Origin: Reclinomonas americana ATCC 50394
Lineage: Eukaryota
Length of the DNA: 64,000 nt
NCBI GenBank assembly: GCA_048213135.1
Contig: PS015009.1
Span: forward strand, 2,046,001 to 2,110,000
Direction of reading: 5' to 3'
Every line of letters starts with the position of its first letter. Position 1 is the stretch's first letter. Of the stretch, positions 30,373-41,137 are shown piece by piece. The position numbers and the translations under genes were made by a program. A model generated the notes under the pieces. The model was given only the letters and a program-made list of their open reading frames with translations, did not search any database and was not told the DNA's origin.

Positions 30373-31116
30373 ATGAAAATCATCCCCCTCAGCGAAGGCG
30401 CTTTCACCATCGATCAAACCAAAGTGTTTATTCCTTTTGATGTAGAGAAGGACGACCTGCAGCAAAGAACCAAAGGAAGCCTGCTGGTAGAAGTACAGCC
30501 CTTTGCCATTATAACCTCAAAAGATATACTGGTACTGGACGCGGGATTGGGATTCAGTAACCCCGACGGGACTTTGCAGATACACCAGAACCTGCTTAAT
30601 AATGGGATCAATCCTATGGACGTTACCAAAGTATTGATGAGCCATCTTCATAAGGATCATTCCGGCGGCATTGCCCGGGAGGATAAGATTTTGCAAAAGA
30701 GTTTTCTCAGCTTTCCCAATGCGAAGTATTACGTGAATCGCGATGAATTTGATTTCGCTATCGCTAAAGGGAAACCTTCTTACACACCGGATGAATTCAA
30801 AATACTGGGAGATATCGACAACGTGGTGTTTACACATGGCGATGGTGTTATCGATGATTATATCCGGTACGAAGTCAGCGGGGCGCACTGCCCTTACCAC
30901 CAGGTGTTCTGGATAGAAGAGGATGGAGAAAAAATATTTTTCGGAGGTGATGTGGCCCCGCAACTGCAGCAAATGAAAAGCCGTTTTGTAGCCAAGTATG
31001 ATTACGACGGAAAAAAATGTATGGAGCTACGCCAGCAATGGTGGGCACAGGGAGAGCAGGAAAAGTGGACCTTTCTTTTTTATCATGATATCAAAACGCC
31101 GGTGTTTTCCTTTTAG
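30373..31116 (+). CDS. MBL-fold metallo-hydrolase
   Basis: SHLHKDH motif, GAH.PYHQ, GGD, FYHD. Confidence 0.9.
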   Translation: MKIIPLSEGAFTIDQTKVFIPFDVEKDDLQQRTKGSLLVEVQPFAIITSKDILVLDAGLGFSNPDGTLQIHQNLLNNGINPMDVTKVLMSHLHKDHSGGIAREDKILQKSFLSFPNAKYYVNRDEFDFAIAKGKPSYTPDEFKILGDIDNVVFTHGDGVIDDYIRYEVSGAHCPYHQVFWIEEDGEKIFFGGDVAPQLQQMKSRFVAKYDYDGKKCMELRQQWWAQGEQEKWTFLFYHDIKTPVFSF

Positions 31117-31215
31117 GAATGAAGGAATAAAAAAATGAAGGAATGAAGGAATGATGGAATGATGGAATTGAAGCGAAGACAATATTCAATTTTCAATAAT
31201 CCATATTTCAATACT
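31117..31215. repeat. Octamer tandem array (GAATGAWG x6) with a weak opposing arm
   Basis: GAATGAAG GAATAAAA AAATGAAG GAATGAAG GAATGATG GAATGATG starts at the base after the TAG; TCAAT-rich array at 31185-31215. Confidence 0.75.
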
Positions 31216-31278
31216 CACTTACCGGCCCAAAAAAGCCGCTACACATGGCAGCGGCTGATCTGTTAAGTAAGGGTAATA

Positions 31279-31839
31279 TTATCTTATCCTGTGAATGTAG
31301 TCGTTGTTCAGGAATTGTTTTTTCACGTCTTTTAAGTCCCTCAGAATGCTGGCGTCTACCAGCTGGCCATTGGTTTCGAGCAGGAAACCACCGATCAGGT
31401 CTTCATCCACAGCTGTTTCCACATCCAGGCTGCCTTTAACAGCACCTTTCACATTGGCCAGGATGGCTTCTTTCAGGTTGTCGGCCAGCGGCGCGGCAGT
31501 GGTGATCTTTACTTTATTGATATTCTTCAGCGTGTTGTACTGCTCAATATAAGCTGTCACGATTTCAGGCAGATTGTTCTCCCTTCCTTTTTTTACCAGC
31601 AGGGTAATAAAGGCTTCGGTCAGTTTACTTACCCTTCCGGTGGTTACGGAGTCGATGATCTTACCCTTGGTGTCGGGCTTGATGATAGGGCTGCGCAGCA
31701 ATGCCACGAAATCGCGGTTGCTTTTATTGATCTCCTGCAGCCATTTCATATCGGCGTGTACAGCGTCTACCTGGTTTTGCTCAAGGGCAAGATCCAGTAA
31801 GCTTTTGGCGTAACGGCCTGCTAAACGTGGGTTGTTCAT
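31279..31839 (-). CDS. atpH: ATP synthase F1 subunit delta
   Basis: RYAKSL, LRSP, VDEDLIGGF..DAS; synteny. Confidence 0.95.
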   Translation of the reverse strand: MNNPRLAGRYAKSLLDLALEQNQVDAVHADMKWLQEINKSNRDFVALLRSPIIKPDTKGKIIDSVTTGRVSKLTEAFITLLVKKGRENNLPEIVTAYIEQYNTLKNINKVKITTAAPLADNLKEAILANVKGAVKGSLDVETAVDEDLIGGFLLETNGQLVDASILRDLKDVKKQFLNNDYIHRIR

Positions 31840-31843
31840 AACT

Positions 31844-31917
31844 AATTTGAAAATTTGAAAATTAGACAATTTGAAAATTCCGATGACTTCATTTTCACAT
31901 CGTCACATTTTCACATT
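31844..31917. repeat. Inverted pair of octamer tandem arrays (AATKTGAA class) filling the atpF-atpH gap
   Basis: Left AATTTGAA AATTTGAA AATTAGAC AATTTGAA; right ATTTTCAC ATCGTCAC ATTTTCAC ATT. Confidence 0.85.
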
Positions 31918-31919
31918 GG

Positions 31920-32414
31920 TTAATTAAGCTTTACTTCTCCTGCCAGTTGCTTGATGTAATCTTCCTGAACGGCTTTATTGCTCAGTTCGCGGCGCAGTAC
32001 TTTTTCACTTACTTCAATAACGAGGTTACCTACCTGGTTTTTGATATCAGTGAGGGCGGCCATTTTCTGGTGATTGATGGCGGCCTGTGCGTCGGCAAGG
32101 ATCTTGGCGGCTTCTGTTTTGGCCTGATCTTTTGCTTCGTTGATGATCCTGTCCTTGGTTTCCTTAGCTTCTTTCAGCATGCTGGCTCTTTCTTCACGTG
32201 CCTGGGTGAGCAGGGCTTCGTTGTCGCTTTTCATCTGTGCCATTTCCAGTTTGATTTTCTCAGCTGTGGCGATAGAGTTGGCGATGTTTTGTTCCCTGTC
32301 GCTGAGGCCTTTGATGATGGCAGGCCATGCGAATTTTTTAAGGATAAAGAACACGATCAGGAACGCCAGCAGGGTCCAGATGAGCAAACCGAAGGAGGGA
32401 GTTAATAATTCCAT
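31920..32414 (-). CDS. atpF: ATP synthase F0 subunit b
   Basis: N-terminal TM, KFAWP..R, long coiled coil. Confidence 0.96.
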   Translation of the reverse strand: MELLTPSFGLLIWTLLAFLIVFFILKKFAWPAIIKGLSDREQNIANSIATAEKIKLEMAQMKSDNEALLTQAREERASMLKEAKETKDRIINEAKDQAKTEAAKILADAQAAINHQKMAALTDIKNQVGNLVIEVSEKVLRRELSNKAVQEDYIKQLAGEVKLN

Positions 32415-32529
32415 TTTCGAAAATTAAAAAATGTATAATGAATTCTGAAAGTCCAGTATTGATCTGATGTACAAGAGTGCGACGCCACTGAAGCTGCTTC
32501 ACGTTACTGCCGCCCGGAACAAAAGATGT

Positions 32530-32568
32530 AAAATACTGCATCCTCCGTCCTGTACTTCGGATGCAGTA
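32530..32568 (-). terminator. Hairpin downstream of atpE (partial terminator or mRNA stabiliser)
   Basis: TACTGCATCC (32534-43) / GGATGCAGTA (32559-68), followed by 4 U on the minus strand. Confidence 0.6.
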
Positions 32569-32584
32569 ATGTTTTGGAACGGTA

Positions 32585-33963
<1,379 letters not shown>

Positions 33964-34053
33964 ATCGTCCCTTAAATTTGCCGCAAAGATAAGGCGGCAA
34001 CTCCGAAAAGAGAAATTGGCGGCTAAAAAAGGAGGAGTTTTCCATAAAGGAGA

Positions 34054-34171
34054 GATGTGACAATTTGAAAATTTGAAGATGTGACAATTGAGTCTGCTGG
34101 TGGACTTAATAAAAGGGCAAAGTTCGTTATAAATGGAAGCTTACCGGTGAAAGGGCCAATTCGCACATTTA
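34054..34171. repeat. Octamer tandem array (RATKTGAM) with a short opposing arm
   Basis: GATGTGAC AATTTGAA AATTTGAA GATGTGAC AATT; right arm AATTCGCACATTT abuts the ABC-gene stop. Confidence 0.7.
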
Positions 34172-35974
34172 CTAATTTATTTCCTCTTGTTTTTCAAACT
34201 GCATCTTGTGCAACTGGTAGTACATCCCCTGTTTATCAAGCAGTTCTACATGGGTACCCATCTCTTTGATCTCGCCTTTATCGAGTACCATAATGGTATC
34301 GGCCTTTCGAACGGTGCTGAGGCGGTGGGCAATGACAATGGAAGTACGGCCGGCAATGAGTTTGTCGATGGCCTGCTGAATAAGGTGTTCGCTTTCGGTA
34401 TCTACGGAAGATGTGGCTTCATCGAGGATGAGGATGGAAGGGTTGTAGAGGAGTGCTCTTACAAAGGACAACAGCTGCCTTTGTCCAAGTGAAAGCGTGG
34501 CACCCCTTTCCATTACATTATAATCGTAGTTGCCGGGCAACTGCATAATAAAATCGTGTATGCCGATGAGCTGTGCGGCGTGTATTACTTCTTCCCTGGT
34601 AATGGCCGGGTTGCGCAGGGTGAGGTTGTCCATCACCGATCCGCTGAACAGGAACACATCCTGCAGCACAACGGCAATGCGGCTGCGGAGAAAATCGAGG
34701 TCATATTCTTCTATAGGCGTACCATCGATACAGATCTTTCCCTGCTGTATATGGTACAACCGGTTGAGCAGGCTGATGATGGAAGTCTTGCCGCTGCCGG
34801 TATGTCCGACAATAGCCAGGGTATCACCCGCTTTGATATGAAAGGTTACATCTTTCAGTACATTATCCGGCGGGTTGTAGGCAAAAGTGACGTGTTCAAA
34901 ATCCACGGCGCCGGCCACAGACAAGGGTTTGAAGCTGCCTTTGTTTTCAGCCTGGTCGTTATTGTCCAGTACTTTGAACACCCTTTCGCTGGCGATCATA
35001 CCCATTTGCAGTACGTTGAATTTATCGGCGATCACCCGGAGCGGGCGGAACAGCAGGTTGAGGCAAAGGATGAAAGCGGTAACAACACCGGCCACATTGG
35101 TGGCATTGGTACCCAGGGCATCGCCGCCTGCCCACCATACCAGCAGTCCTATGGACACCGCCATTACAAGTTCCACAACCGGAAAGAAAACGGAGTAGGC
35201 GAAAATGGAACGTATGTTGGCGTTGCGGTGTTCTTTATTAATGCTGTTGAATTTGCCGAACTCCCTATTTTCTGCGGCAAAGGTCTGCACCACGCTCATG
35301 CCGGTAATGTGTTCCTGCACAAAAGCATTCAGGCTGGCCACGGCATTGCGTACGCGGATAAACGATTTGTTTACACTTTCCTTGAAGAAATAAGTAGCAA
35401 TGATGAGTATGGGAAAAGGCGCCAGGCATACCAGTGTCAGCCGCCAGTCGATCACGAACATGTACGTGAGGATGGAAATGATGGACAGCAGGTCGGCAAT
35501 GATAGGGATGAGCCCGTCGCTGAAAATATCGTTGATGGATTCAATATCGTTTACCGTACGGGTGGTAAGGGTGCCGATGGGGGTACGGTCGTACTGCGAC
35601 AGGTTGAGGTGCAGTATTTTATTGTAAGTAGTTACCCGCAGGTCTTTTACCACGCTTTGCCCGAGCGAGGCGGTGAAAAAGGTAAACAGGAAACGGGCTG
35701 CGCTTTCAATGAGCAGCAGCACAATCTGTATGATGGTGATCTCGATGATGAAGCCGCCGGGTGTATTGAGCAGGCCCCAGAAGGAATCGCCCTTGATACC
35801 GTCATTGATGGTGAGCTGGATAAGGAAAGGGCGGATAGGCGCCAGTATGGCCAGTAGTACCGACAAAGCAAGCGACCCGTAAAACTTATTCTTATACGGT
35901 GCGGCAAAATGAAACACCCGCTTTAATAAGGAGAAATCGAAAATCTTTTTTTTAGGCTTCGCCGGGGCTGTCAT
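34172..35974 (-). CDS. ABC exporter, fused permease/ATPase
   Basis: GHTGSGKT, LSLGQRQ, LDEATSS, IAHRLST plus N-terminal TMD. Confidence 0.95.
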   Translation of the reverse strand: MTAPAKPKKKIFDFSLLKRVFHFAAPYKNKFYGSLALSVLLAILAPIRPFLIQLTINDGIKGDSFWGLLNTPGGFIIEITIIQIVLLLIESAARFLFTFFTASLGQSVVKDLRVTTYNKILHLNLSQYDRTPIGTLTTRTVNDIESINDIFSDGLIPIIADLLSIISILTYMFVIDWRLTLVCLAPFPILIIATYFFKESVNKSFIRVRNAVASLNAFVQEHITGMSVVQTFAAENREFGKFNSINKEHRNANIRSIFAYSVFFPVVELVMAVSIGLLVWWAGGDALGTNATNVAGVVTAFILCLNLLFRPLRVIADKFNVLQMGMIASERVFKVLDNNDQAENKGSFKPLSVAGAVDFEHVTFAYNPPDNVLKDVTFHIKAGDTLAIVGHTGSGKTSIISLLNRLYHIQQGKICIDGTPIEEYDLDFLRSRIAVVLQDVFLFSGSVMDNLTLRNPAITREEVIHAAQLIGIHDFIMQLPGNYDYNVMERGATLSLGQRQLLSFVRALLYNPSILILDEATSSVDTESEHLIQQAIDKLIAGRTSIVIAHRLSTVRKADTIMVLDKGEIKEMGTHVELLDKQGMYYQLHKMQFEKQEEIN

Positions 35975-36034
35975 CCTGCAAAGTTAAGCGGGTTTGGGCA
36001 TGTAAAATAAAGATGGGATGAGTGGCAGGAGGGA

Positions 36035-36108
36035 AAGGCAAAAGGTAAAATTCAAAAGTAAAAAAGAGGACTTCAATAACCTGGTACCTCTTTTTAATTT
36101 TTACTTCC
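36035..36108. repeat. Inverted pair of heptamer arrays (AARTMAA class); may double as a terminator
   Basis: AAGGCAA AAGGTAA AATTCAA AAGTAAA AAAGAGG ... CCTCTTT TTAATT TTTACTT, abutting the stop at 36109. Confidence 0.7.
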
Positions 36109-38328
36109 TTACTCCCCGTCATAATTCTTATTATACGCCTTAATGAAGATTGCTCCTAAATTCCGGTATGGTGGAATATAATCGTCCCAGCTTTCGCGGG
36201 TGTCTTTATCGGTGCCGGCAAAATACTTGTCGAGGCTGCTCCAGAGGCTTTTCCAGACCAGCGTTTTACCGGACAGGAATACCTGGTTGATATAATTGGT
36301 GATGGGCTGGTTGATATCACCCTTGCCTATCTCTTTGGTAGAAATAATATGTGCATCGGGCGAGCTGCTGATGATGCGGCTCAGGTTCTTATACCCGCCG
36401 CAGGAACCAAGGATAACGATCCGGGCGTCGTCGGGCATACGTTTAAGGGTACGCGGCAGCCAGTAACTGTGTCCGCGGTGCGTGACTACGGAAGGATAAA
36501 TATCGTTTTGTGACAGGTAGCTGTTCAGGTGCACCTGTGCGCTGTCGTCGAGGTTGGCATCACTATCGAGCGGCCTGTTGGCAAAGATCCATACTTTCTG
36601 ACCCTTAACGGATTTGATCTCTACCCACTCTTTTTTCATAGTGGTCTGCCATTGCTTTTTATCGCTGAAGGCGTTCACGAAACTGTTGAAGAATAATTTG
36701 CCATCATCGTCGCCGTAAAAGAAAACCTGTTCTACCACGCGGCCGCTGTCATCTGTAATATCTTTATTGTCGATGGTATAAATGGAAGGTATGCCTATCT
36801 CTTTCACCAGGTCAATCTTATTGCTGCTGTCGGCCGACAGGAAGATGGTCTTCAGCAGGCCATAGATCATCTTCCCTTTTTTATTGTTGTTCTGTATACT
36901 GCGGCTTTCGTTTTCCTTAACGTAATTGAGTATGTTCTGCTGCAGTTTTTTATTGCTGATGCTGCTGTAGGAATCGGCTACGTCAACCGCGTCTTCCAGG
37001 TTGCCGGTATTATCCAGGTTGGCTACAAATGCCTTCATCAGTGTTTCCGAAGAGCGGGGGGGCATCAGTTTCAGGAAAGTATCGAGTTTATTATAGTTAG
37101 CGGCCATTTTGATGAAGCGCTTGAAGTAATCGAAGTTCACGTTCATCAGTAAGGAATCGGTGCGGGGGCTTTTGCCCAGGCGCTGGATCAGCCGGTTAAA
37201 GCTGTGTTTGTAACTGCTGGTATAGATCTCGCTTTCACCGGTAACGATCATATAATACAGGTCGATGGAAGACAGGGGGTCCACGGCTTTCATCCTGATC
37301 GCCTCGGATTTTTCGTGCAGTTCGTTGATGGGGGTAATGAAATGCTGAATAGCTTTACCCTGCAGCATCTCCCGCAGGCCATTGGGGCCAAACATGGCGA
37401 TAGGCGTATCACGCAGTGGCGGCGCCATCCGCCTGAAATAGGCGATCTCTGTAGCCACCAACAGTTTGAAATAACCCACGCTGTCGTAAGCGGTTTCCCC
37501 GTCGCCTACATATTTTTTTATATCGTCGATGGATTTCCTGCCTTTGATGATATCATCCAGGAAAGGAAAGTATAACAAGGCGTTCGGTGTCTGGCTCAGG
37601 TTAACCACAGTTTTCACCAGCGGATCGGTATTGCGGTGAATGAGTTTGCCCACAGTGGAACCGGTGGCTTGTGCGGCGGAATAAATGGCGGTGGGATTAT
37701 ACCTGCAGCTGAGTACGATCAGCGTGTCGGCAAAGTCTTCGCCTGCATAGGGTTCAATGGTCTGCAGTATTTTATCAGGATTGTCCTGGCAAAAACGGAT
37801 GTAGAGTTTCTTTTTACTTTCTGCGTAGCCTTTATTATCAGTAAAAATATCAACGTTGATGCGGGCTACTTCGTAAGGCATTTTCTCGATCAGCGGCGTC
37901 ATGCTCATACTGTCGATATTGGCGTTCATAATCTTTTCAAAATTATCGACCAGCAGCGGGGCATAGGAGGGGTTCAGCAATTTTGAGCGCCAGGCCAGCC
38001 GGTAAGAGCGCAGCATACTTTCCACGTAGCTGAGGTATCTTACTTTCTGGTTGTTACTGGGCAGCTTGGTATTAAGTTCAATGAAATCACGCATCAGGTT
38101 CACCCTTCTCATGATCACATCGGTGATGGCCAGGTTCACGTCGGGGTTGGAAGTAGGCCTTACCTCGCCATCCTGTTTACCGTCGGCTTTGTCGATCAGT
38201 TTCTGCTCGGCCTTGATCTTATCATGGAAAAGCTGGCGCTGGAGGGGTACCACTACACTATCGGTATGAGCATACACTCCGGTGCCGCACAACAGTAAAA
38301 CAAATGCAAATAATTTCTTTATCATCAC
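36109..38328 (-). CDS. Large exported hypothetical protein
   Basis: 739-aa ORF with signal peptide; C-terminal HRGHS / ILGSCGG motifs. Confidence 0.8.
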   Translation of the reverse strand: MMIKKLFAFVLLLCGTGVYAHTDSVVVPLQRQLFHDKIKAEQKLIDKADGKQDGEVRPTSNPDVNLAITDVIMRRVNLMRDFIELNTKLPSNNQKVRYLSYVESMLRSYRLAWRSKLLNPSYAPLLVDNFEKIMNANIDSMSMTPLIEKMPYEVARINVDIFTDNKGYAESKKKLYIRFCQDNPDKILQTIEPYAGEDFADTLIVLSCRYNPTAIYSAAQATGSTVGKLIHRNTDPLVKTVVNLSQTPNALLYFPFLDDIIKGRKSIDDIKKYVGDGETAYDSVGYFKLLVATEIAYFRRMAPPLRDTPIAMFGPNGLREMLQGKAIQHFITPINELHEKSEAIRMKAVDPLSSIDLYYMIVTGESEIYTSSYKHSFNRLIQRLGKSPRTDSLLMNVNFDYFKRFIKMAANYNKLDTFLKLMPPRSSETLMKAFVANLDNTGNLEDAVDVADSYSSISNKKLQQNILNYVKENESRSIQNNNKKGKMIYGLLKTIFLSADSSNKIDLVKEIGIPSIYTIDNKDITDDSGRVVEQVFFYGDDDGKLFFNSFVNAFSDKKQWQTTMKKEWVEIKSVKGQKVWIFANRPLDSDANLDDSAQVHLNSYLSQNDIYPSVVTHRGHSYWLPRTLKRMPDDARIVILGSCGGYKNLSRIISSSPDAHIISTKEIGKGDINQPITNYINQVFLSGKTLVWKSLWSSLDKYFAGTDKDTRESWDDYIPPYRNLGAIFIKAYNKNYDGE

Positions 38329-38401
38329 GTGGGTTCAGGTACAAAGATGCTGAAAATCCTTGTATTTAAGACTATTAAGGCCATCCACACGTTGCACCCG
38401 C

Positions 38402-38468
38402 TTAACAATTTCATAATACAAAAACAGGCGCAGGGGTGGTTGCCGGTTATGGGTAAAGACTAATTTTG
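38402..38468 (+). promoter_or_regulatory. Two 11-bp-spaced boxes and -7 element upstream of the response regulator
   Basis: TTAACAA (38402), ATAATAC (38413); TAATTTTG at 38461-38468. Confidence 0.45.
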
Positions 38469-38474
38469 CACCGT

Positions 38475-39158
38475 ATGAGTGCTCCCAACAATGTTAAAAA
38501 AGTATTAATTGCCGATGACGAGCCGGATATCCTTGAAATCATCCAGTTCAATCTTCAGAACGAAGGTTATGAGGTAGTTACGGCAAAGAACGGAATAGAA
38601 GCCATCGACCAGGCCAAAAAACAACACCCCGATCTTATCATACTGGATATCATGATGCCCGGCAAGAACGGCATCGAAGTATGTGACATCCTGCGTCTTC
38701 AGCCGGCTTTCAACGATACCCTGATTATTTTCCTTACCGCACTCAGCGACGAGGGTACAGAGATCAGGGGATTGGAAACGGGCGCCGATGATTACCTCAC
38801 CAAACCGGTAAGTCCTAAAGTACTGGTGAGCAAGGTGAACGCTCTTTTCCGCCGTGTGTCCAAAGACGATACCAGTACCCTGCAGATCGGTGACCTGCGC
38901 ATCGACCGCGAAAAATACATTGTCAATTACCAGGGCAACGATATCATCCTGGCCCGCAAAGAGTTTGAACTGCTGGCACTCCTGGCCGGCAAGCCGGGTA
39001 AGGTTTTTCTCCGCAATGAGATACTGAGCCAGGTATGGGGTACGGAGGTGATTGTGGGCGACCGCACCATTGACGTGCACATCCGCAAGATCAGGCAAAA
39101 ACTCAATCTCGATTGTATTACTACGGTGAAAGGGGTAGGGTACAAGTTTGAGTTGTAG
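38475..39158 (+). CDS. OmpR/PhoB-family response regulator (PhoP-like)
   Basis: DDE, LDIMMP, GADDYLTKP, RTIDVHIRKIR, TVKGVGY. Confidence 0.93.
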   Translation: MSAPNNVKKVLIADDEPDILEIIQFNLQNEGYEVVTAKNGIEAIDQAKKQHPDLIILDIMMPGKNGIEVCDILRLQPAFNDTLIIFLTALSDEGTEIRGLETGADDYLTKPVSPKVLVSKVNALFRRVSKDDTSTLQIGDLRIDREKYIVNYQGNDIILARKEFELLALLAGKPGKVFLRNEILSQVWGTEVIVGDRTIDVHIRKIRQKLNLDCITTVKGVGYKFEL

Positions 39159-39247
39159 GTTATCGTCCTGTATTACAGGTCTGCTATCTGACCCAACTTG
39201 CCTAATTTTGTGATAACTTCCGGCAGCAGGACTGTCAATTATCATTC

Positions 39248-40303
39248 ATGCTTTCAACAAAAAATTTTTCCCCGCAACAGCTGGCTGCACTTACGGCTTT
39301 GACCTTATCTGTGCCCATTACCATCGGTATTTATATTATAAAACCCGTGTGGTGGATCGCCCTGGTGTCGCTGGTGCTTGTGTTCCTGGGCAGTTTCGCC
39401 CTTATCCTGTATACGTTGCAGAACTTCATTTACCGCAAGATCAAGCTCATCTATAAATTCATTTACCAGACCAAGGCCAGCAAGCGGGAGGAGTTCTATT
39501 ATAAAAATATACTGCCGCAAAAAAGTATTGATGAAGTGCGGGAAGACGTGGAAACATGGGCCCGGCAGCGTAAGGCCGAGATTGAAGTGCTGCAGCAGAA
39601 TGAAGCTTACCGCAAGGAATTTCTCCAGAACCTGAGCCACGAACTGAAAACACCCATCTTCGCTATACAGGGATACGTGGATACCTTACTGAACGGGGCT
39701 TTGGAGAATGTGAGCGTGAACAGGAAATTTTTACAGAATACATCCCGAAATGTCGACCGGCTGGTAAACCTGGTAGATGACCTGGACGCCATTACCAAAC
39801 TGGAGCTGGGTGAGCAGCAACTGGTGAAAGTGAGTTTTGTTATACAGGACCTGGTGAAGGAAGTATACGAATCACTCTCCATTAAAGCAGATGAAAAAGG
39901 TATCCGCTGTCAGATCAAGAAGGGATGTGAATTTCCGCTGGCGGTTTTTGCCGATAAGGAAAAGATCAGGCAGGTGCTGATTAACCTGATTGATAATGCC
40001 ATTAAGTATGGTAAGGACGGCGGTACACTCGAGTCCAGTTTTTACCGGGTAGACGGGCAAACTGTTCTTATCGAGATCAGCGATGATGGAAGCGGTATCG
40101 CTGAGGAGCACCTCAACCGTATTTTTGAAAGATTCTACAGGACTGACCTCGCCAGGAGTCGTAAAGTAGGTGGCAGCGGCCTGGGACTGTCTATATGCAA
40201 ACACATTATTGAAGCCCACGGACAAACGATGCATGTACGCAGTAAAATAGATGTGGGCAGCACCTTCGGTTTCACCCTCCCCAGTAAAAAAGATCAGGAG
40301 TAA
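39248..40303 (+). CDS. Sensor histidine kinase (PhoR-like)
   Basis: SHELKTP H-box, NLIDNAIKY, RIFERFYR.D..RSR..GGSGLGL. Confidence 0.93.
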   Translation: MLSTKNFSPQQLAALTALTLSVPITIGIYIIKPVWWIALVSLVLVFLGSFALILYTLQNFIYRKIKLIYKFIYQTKASKREEFYYKNILPQKSIDEVREDVETWARQRKAEIEVLQQNEAYRKEFLQNLSHELKTPIFAIQGYVDTLLNGALENVSVNRKFLQNTSRNVDRLVNLVDDLDAITKLELGEQQLVKVSFVIQDLVKEVYESLSIKADEKGIRCQIKKGCEFPLAVFADKEKIRQVLINLIDNAIKYGKDGGTLESSFYRVDGQTVLIEISDDGSGIAEEHLNRIFERFYRTDLARSRKVGGSGLGLSICKHIIEAHGQTMHVRSKIDVGSTFGFTLPSKKDQE

Positions 40304-40968
40304 GCGATGGTGTTCCCTACAGCAGGGAAGCCAATAGCCTTGGGTTTTTTGCCCTGGCTTACCATGCCCGGTTTTACAACAGATACCGCCACAATGGAAG
40401 AGAATAAACCGATAGCGGCACCCGACAATACATCAGACAATAAATGACCCGCCAGGTACACCCTTGAAATGGCTACCAGTATAGCAGCTGCCAGTATAGG
40501 CAACTGCCAGTTCTTGTTGCGTATAATAACGATAAACGTAGCGGCCAAAGAGAAAGCCAGCGCGGTATGCCCGGAGGGAAGAGAAGTATGGTCAGACGCC
40601 GCGTCGCCATTGAGAGGGAACAGGTACTGCCCGTCTTCCACAAACAAAGTGAAACCGTTGGCAGCATCAATATTTTTAACCAGCTGGATAAGCAGCATGG
40701 TGAACAGGAAAGACAGCAACAGAGTATACCCTTCTTTTTTTCTCCGCAGGTAAACCAGGAAAATAAAACAAACCCCGGTTGCAAAGAATGCGTCACCAAT
40801 AAAGGTATAATTCACAAAAAATACATTCATCCAGAACGGATGGCTGCTGTGCGAAGTAAGCGCCTGGTTGCAATCCAGTGCCAGTAAGGCGAGGCCGGTC
40901 AGCAGGAAGGTAAGGGCGCCTGCGAAGAAGGCGTTGTTCTGGCGGAATATGGAGCGGAGTAAAGACAT
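40294..40968 (-). CDS. PAP2-family membrane phosphatase
   Basis: PSGH (C2) and SRVYLAGH..SD (C3) present; C1 KxxxxxxRP is degenerate. Confidence 0.8.
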   Translation of the reverse strand: MSLLRSIFRQNNAFFAGALTFLLTGLALLALDCNQALTSHSSHPFWMNVFFVNYTFIGDAFFATGVCFIFLVYLRRKKEGYTLLLSFLFTMLLIQLVKNIDAANGFTLFVEDGQYLFPLNGDAASDHTSLPSGHTALAFSLAATFIVIIRNKNWQLPILAAAILVAISRVYLAGHLLSDVLSGAAIGLFSSIVAVSVVKPGMVSQGKKPKAIGFPAVGNTIAYS

Positions 40969-40994
40969 ATGATAGGATTTATACTGTACCCGGC

Positions 40995-41051
40995 TGCAAA
41001 TTACAGACCAAAGATTATGTTATCATTAAACGCATATTAAGCAAATGTTAC
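40995..41051 (-). promoter_or_regulatory. Four 11-bp-periodic boxes plus -7-like element upstream of PAP2
   Basis: Plus-strand AGATTAT 41012, TCATTAA 41023, ATATTAA 41034, ATGTTAC 41045; minus-strand TAATTTGC at 40996-41003. Confidence 0.7.
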
Positions 41052-41055
41052 CTGC

Positions 41056-41082
41056 AAAAAAGGCGGACATAAAGCCCGCCTT
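41056..41082 (-). terminator. Intrinsic terminator
   Basis: AAAAAAAGGCGG-acataaagc-CCGCCTT. Confidence 0.7.
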
Positions 41083-41137
41083 GCCAGAAAGAACCTAAAA
41101 AACTAACAAACCATCTTTATTATAATCCCTGGACGTT

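Noticed and set aside
34556-35857. 433-aa plus-strand ORF and other long antisense ORFs (e.g. 23890-24786, 54037-54996, 59445-60548)
   Set aside because: They are shadows of well-supported genes on the opposite strand and carry no recognisable motifs.
40294-40303. Overlap of convergent kinase and PAP2 3' ends
   Set aside because: A 10-bp tail-to-tail overlap is common and uninformative.
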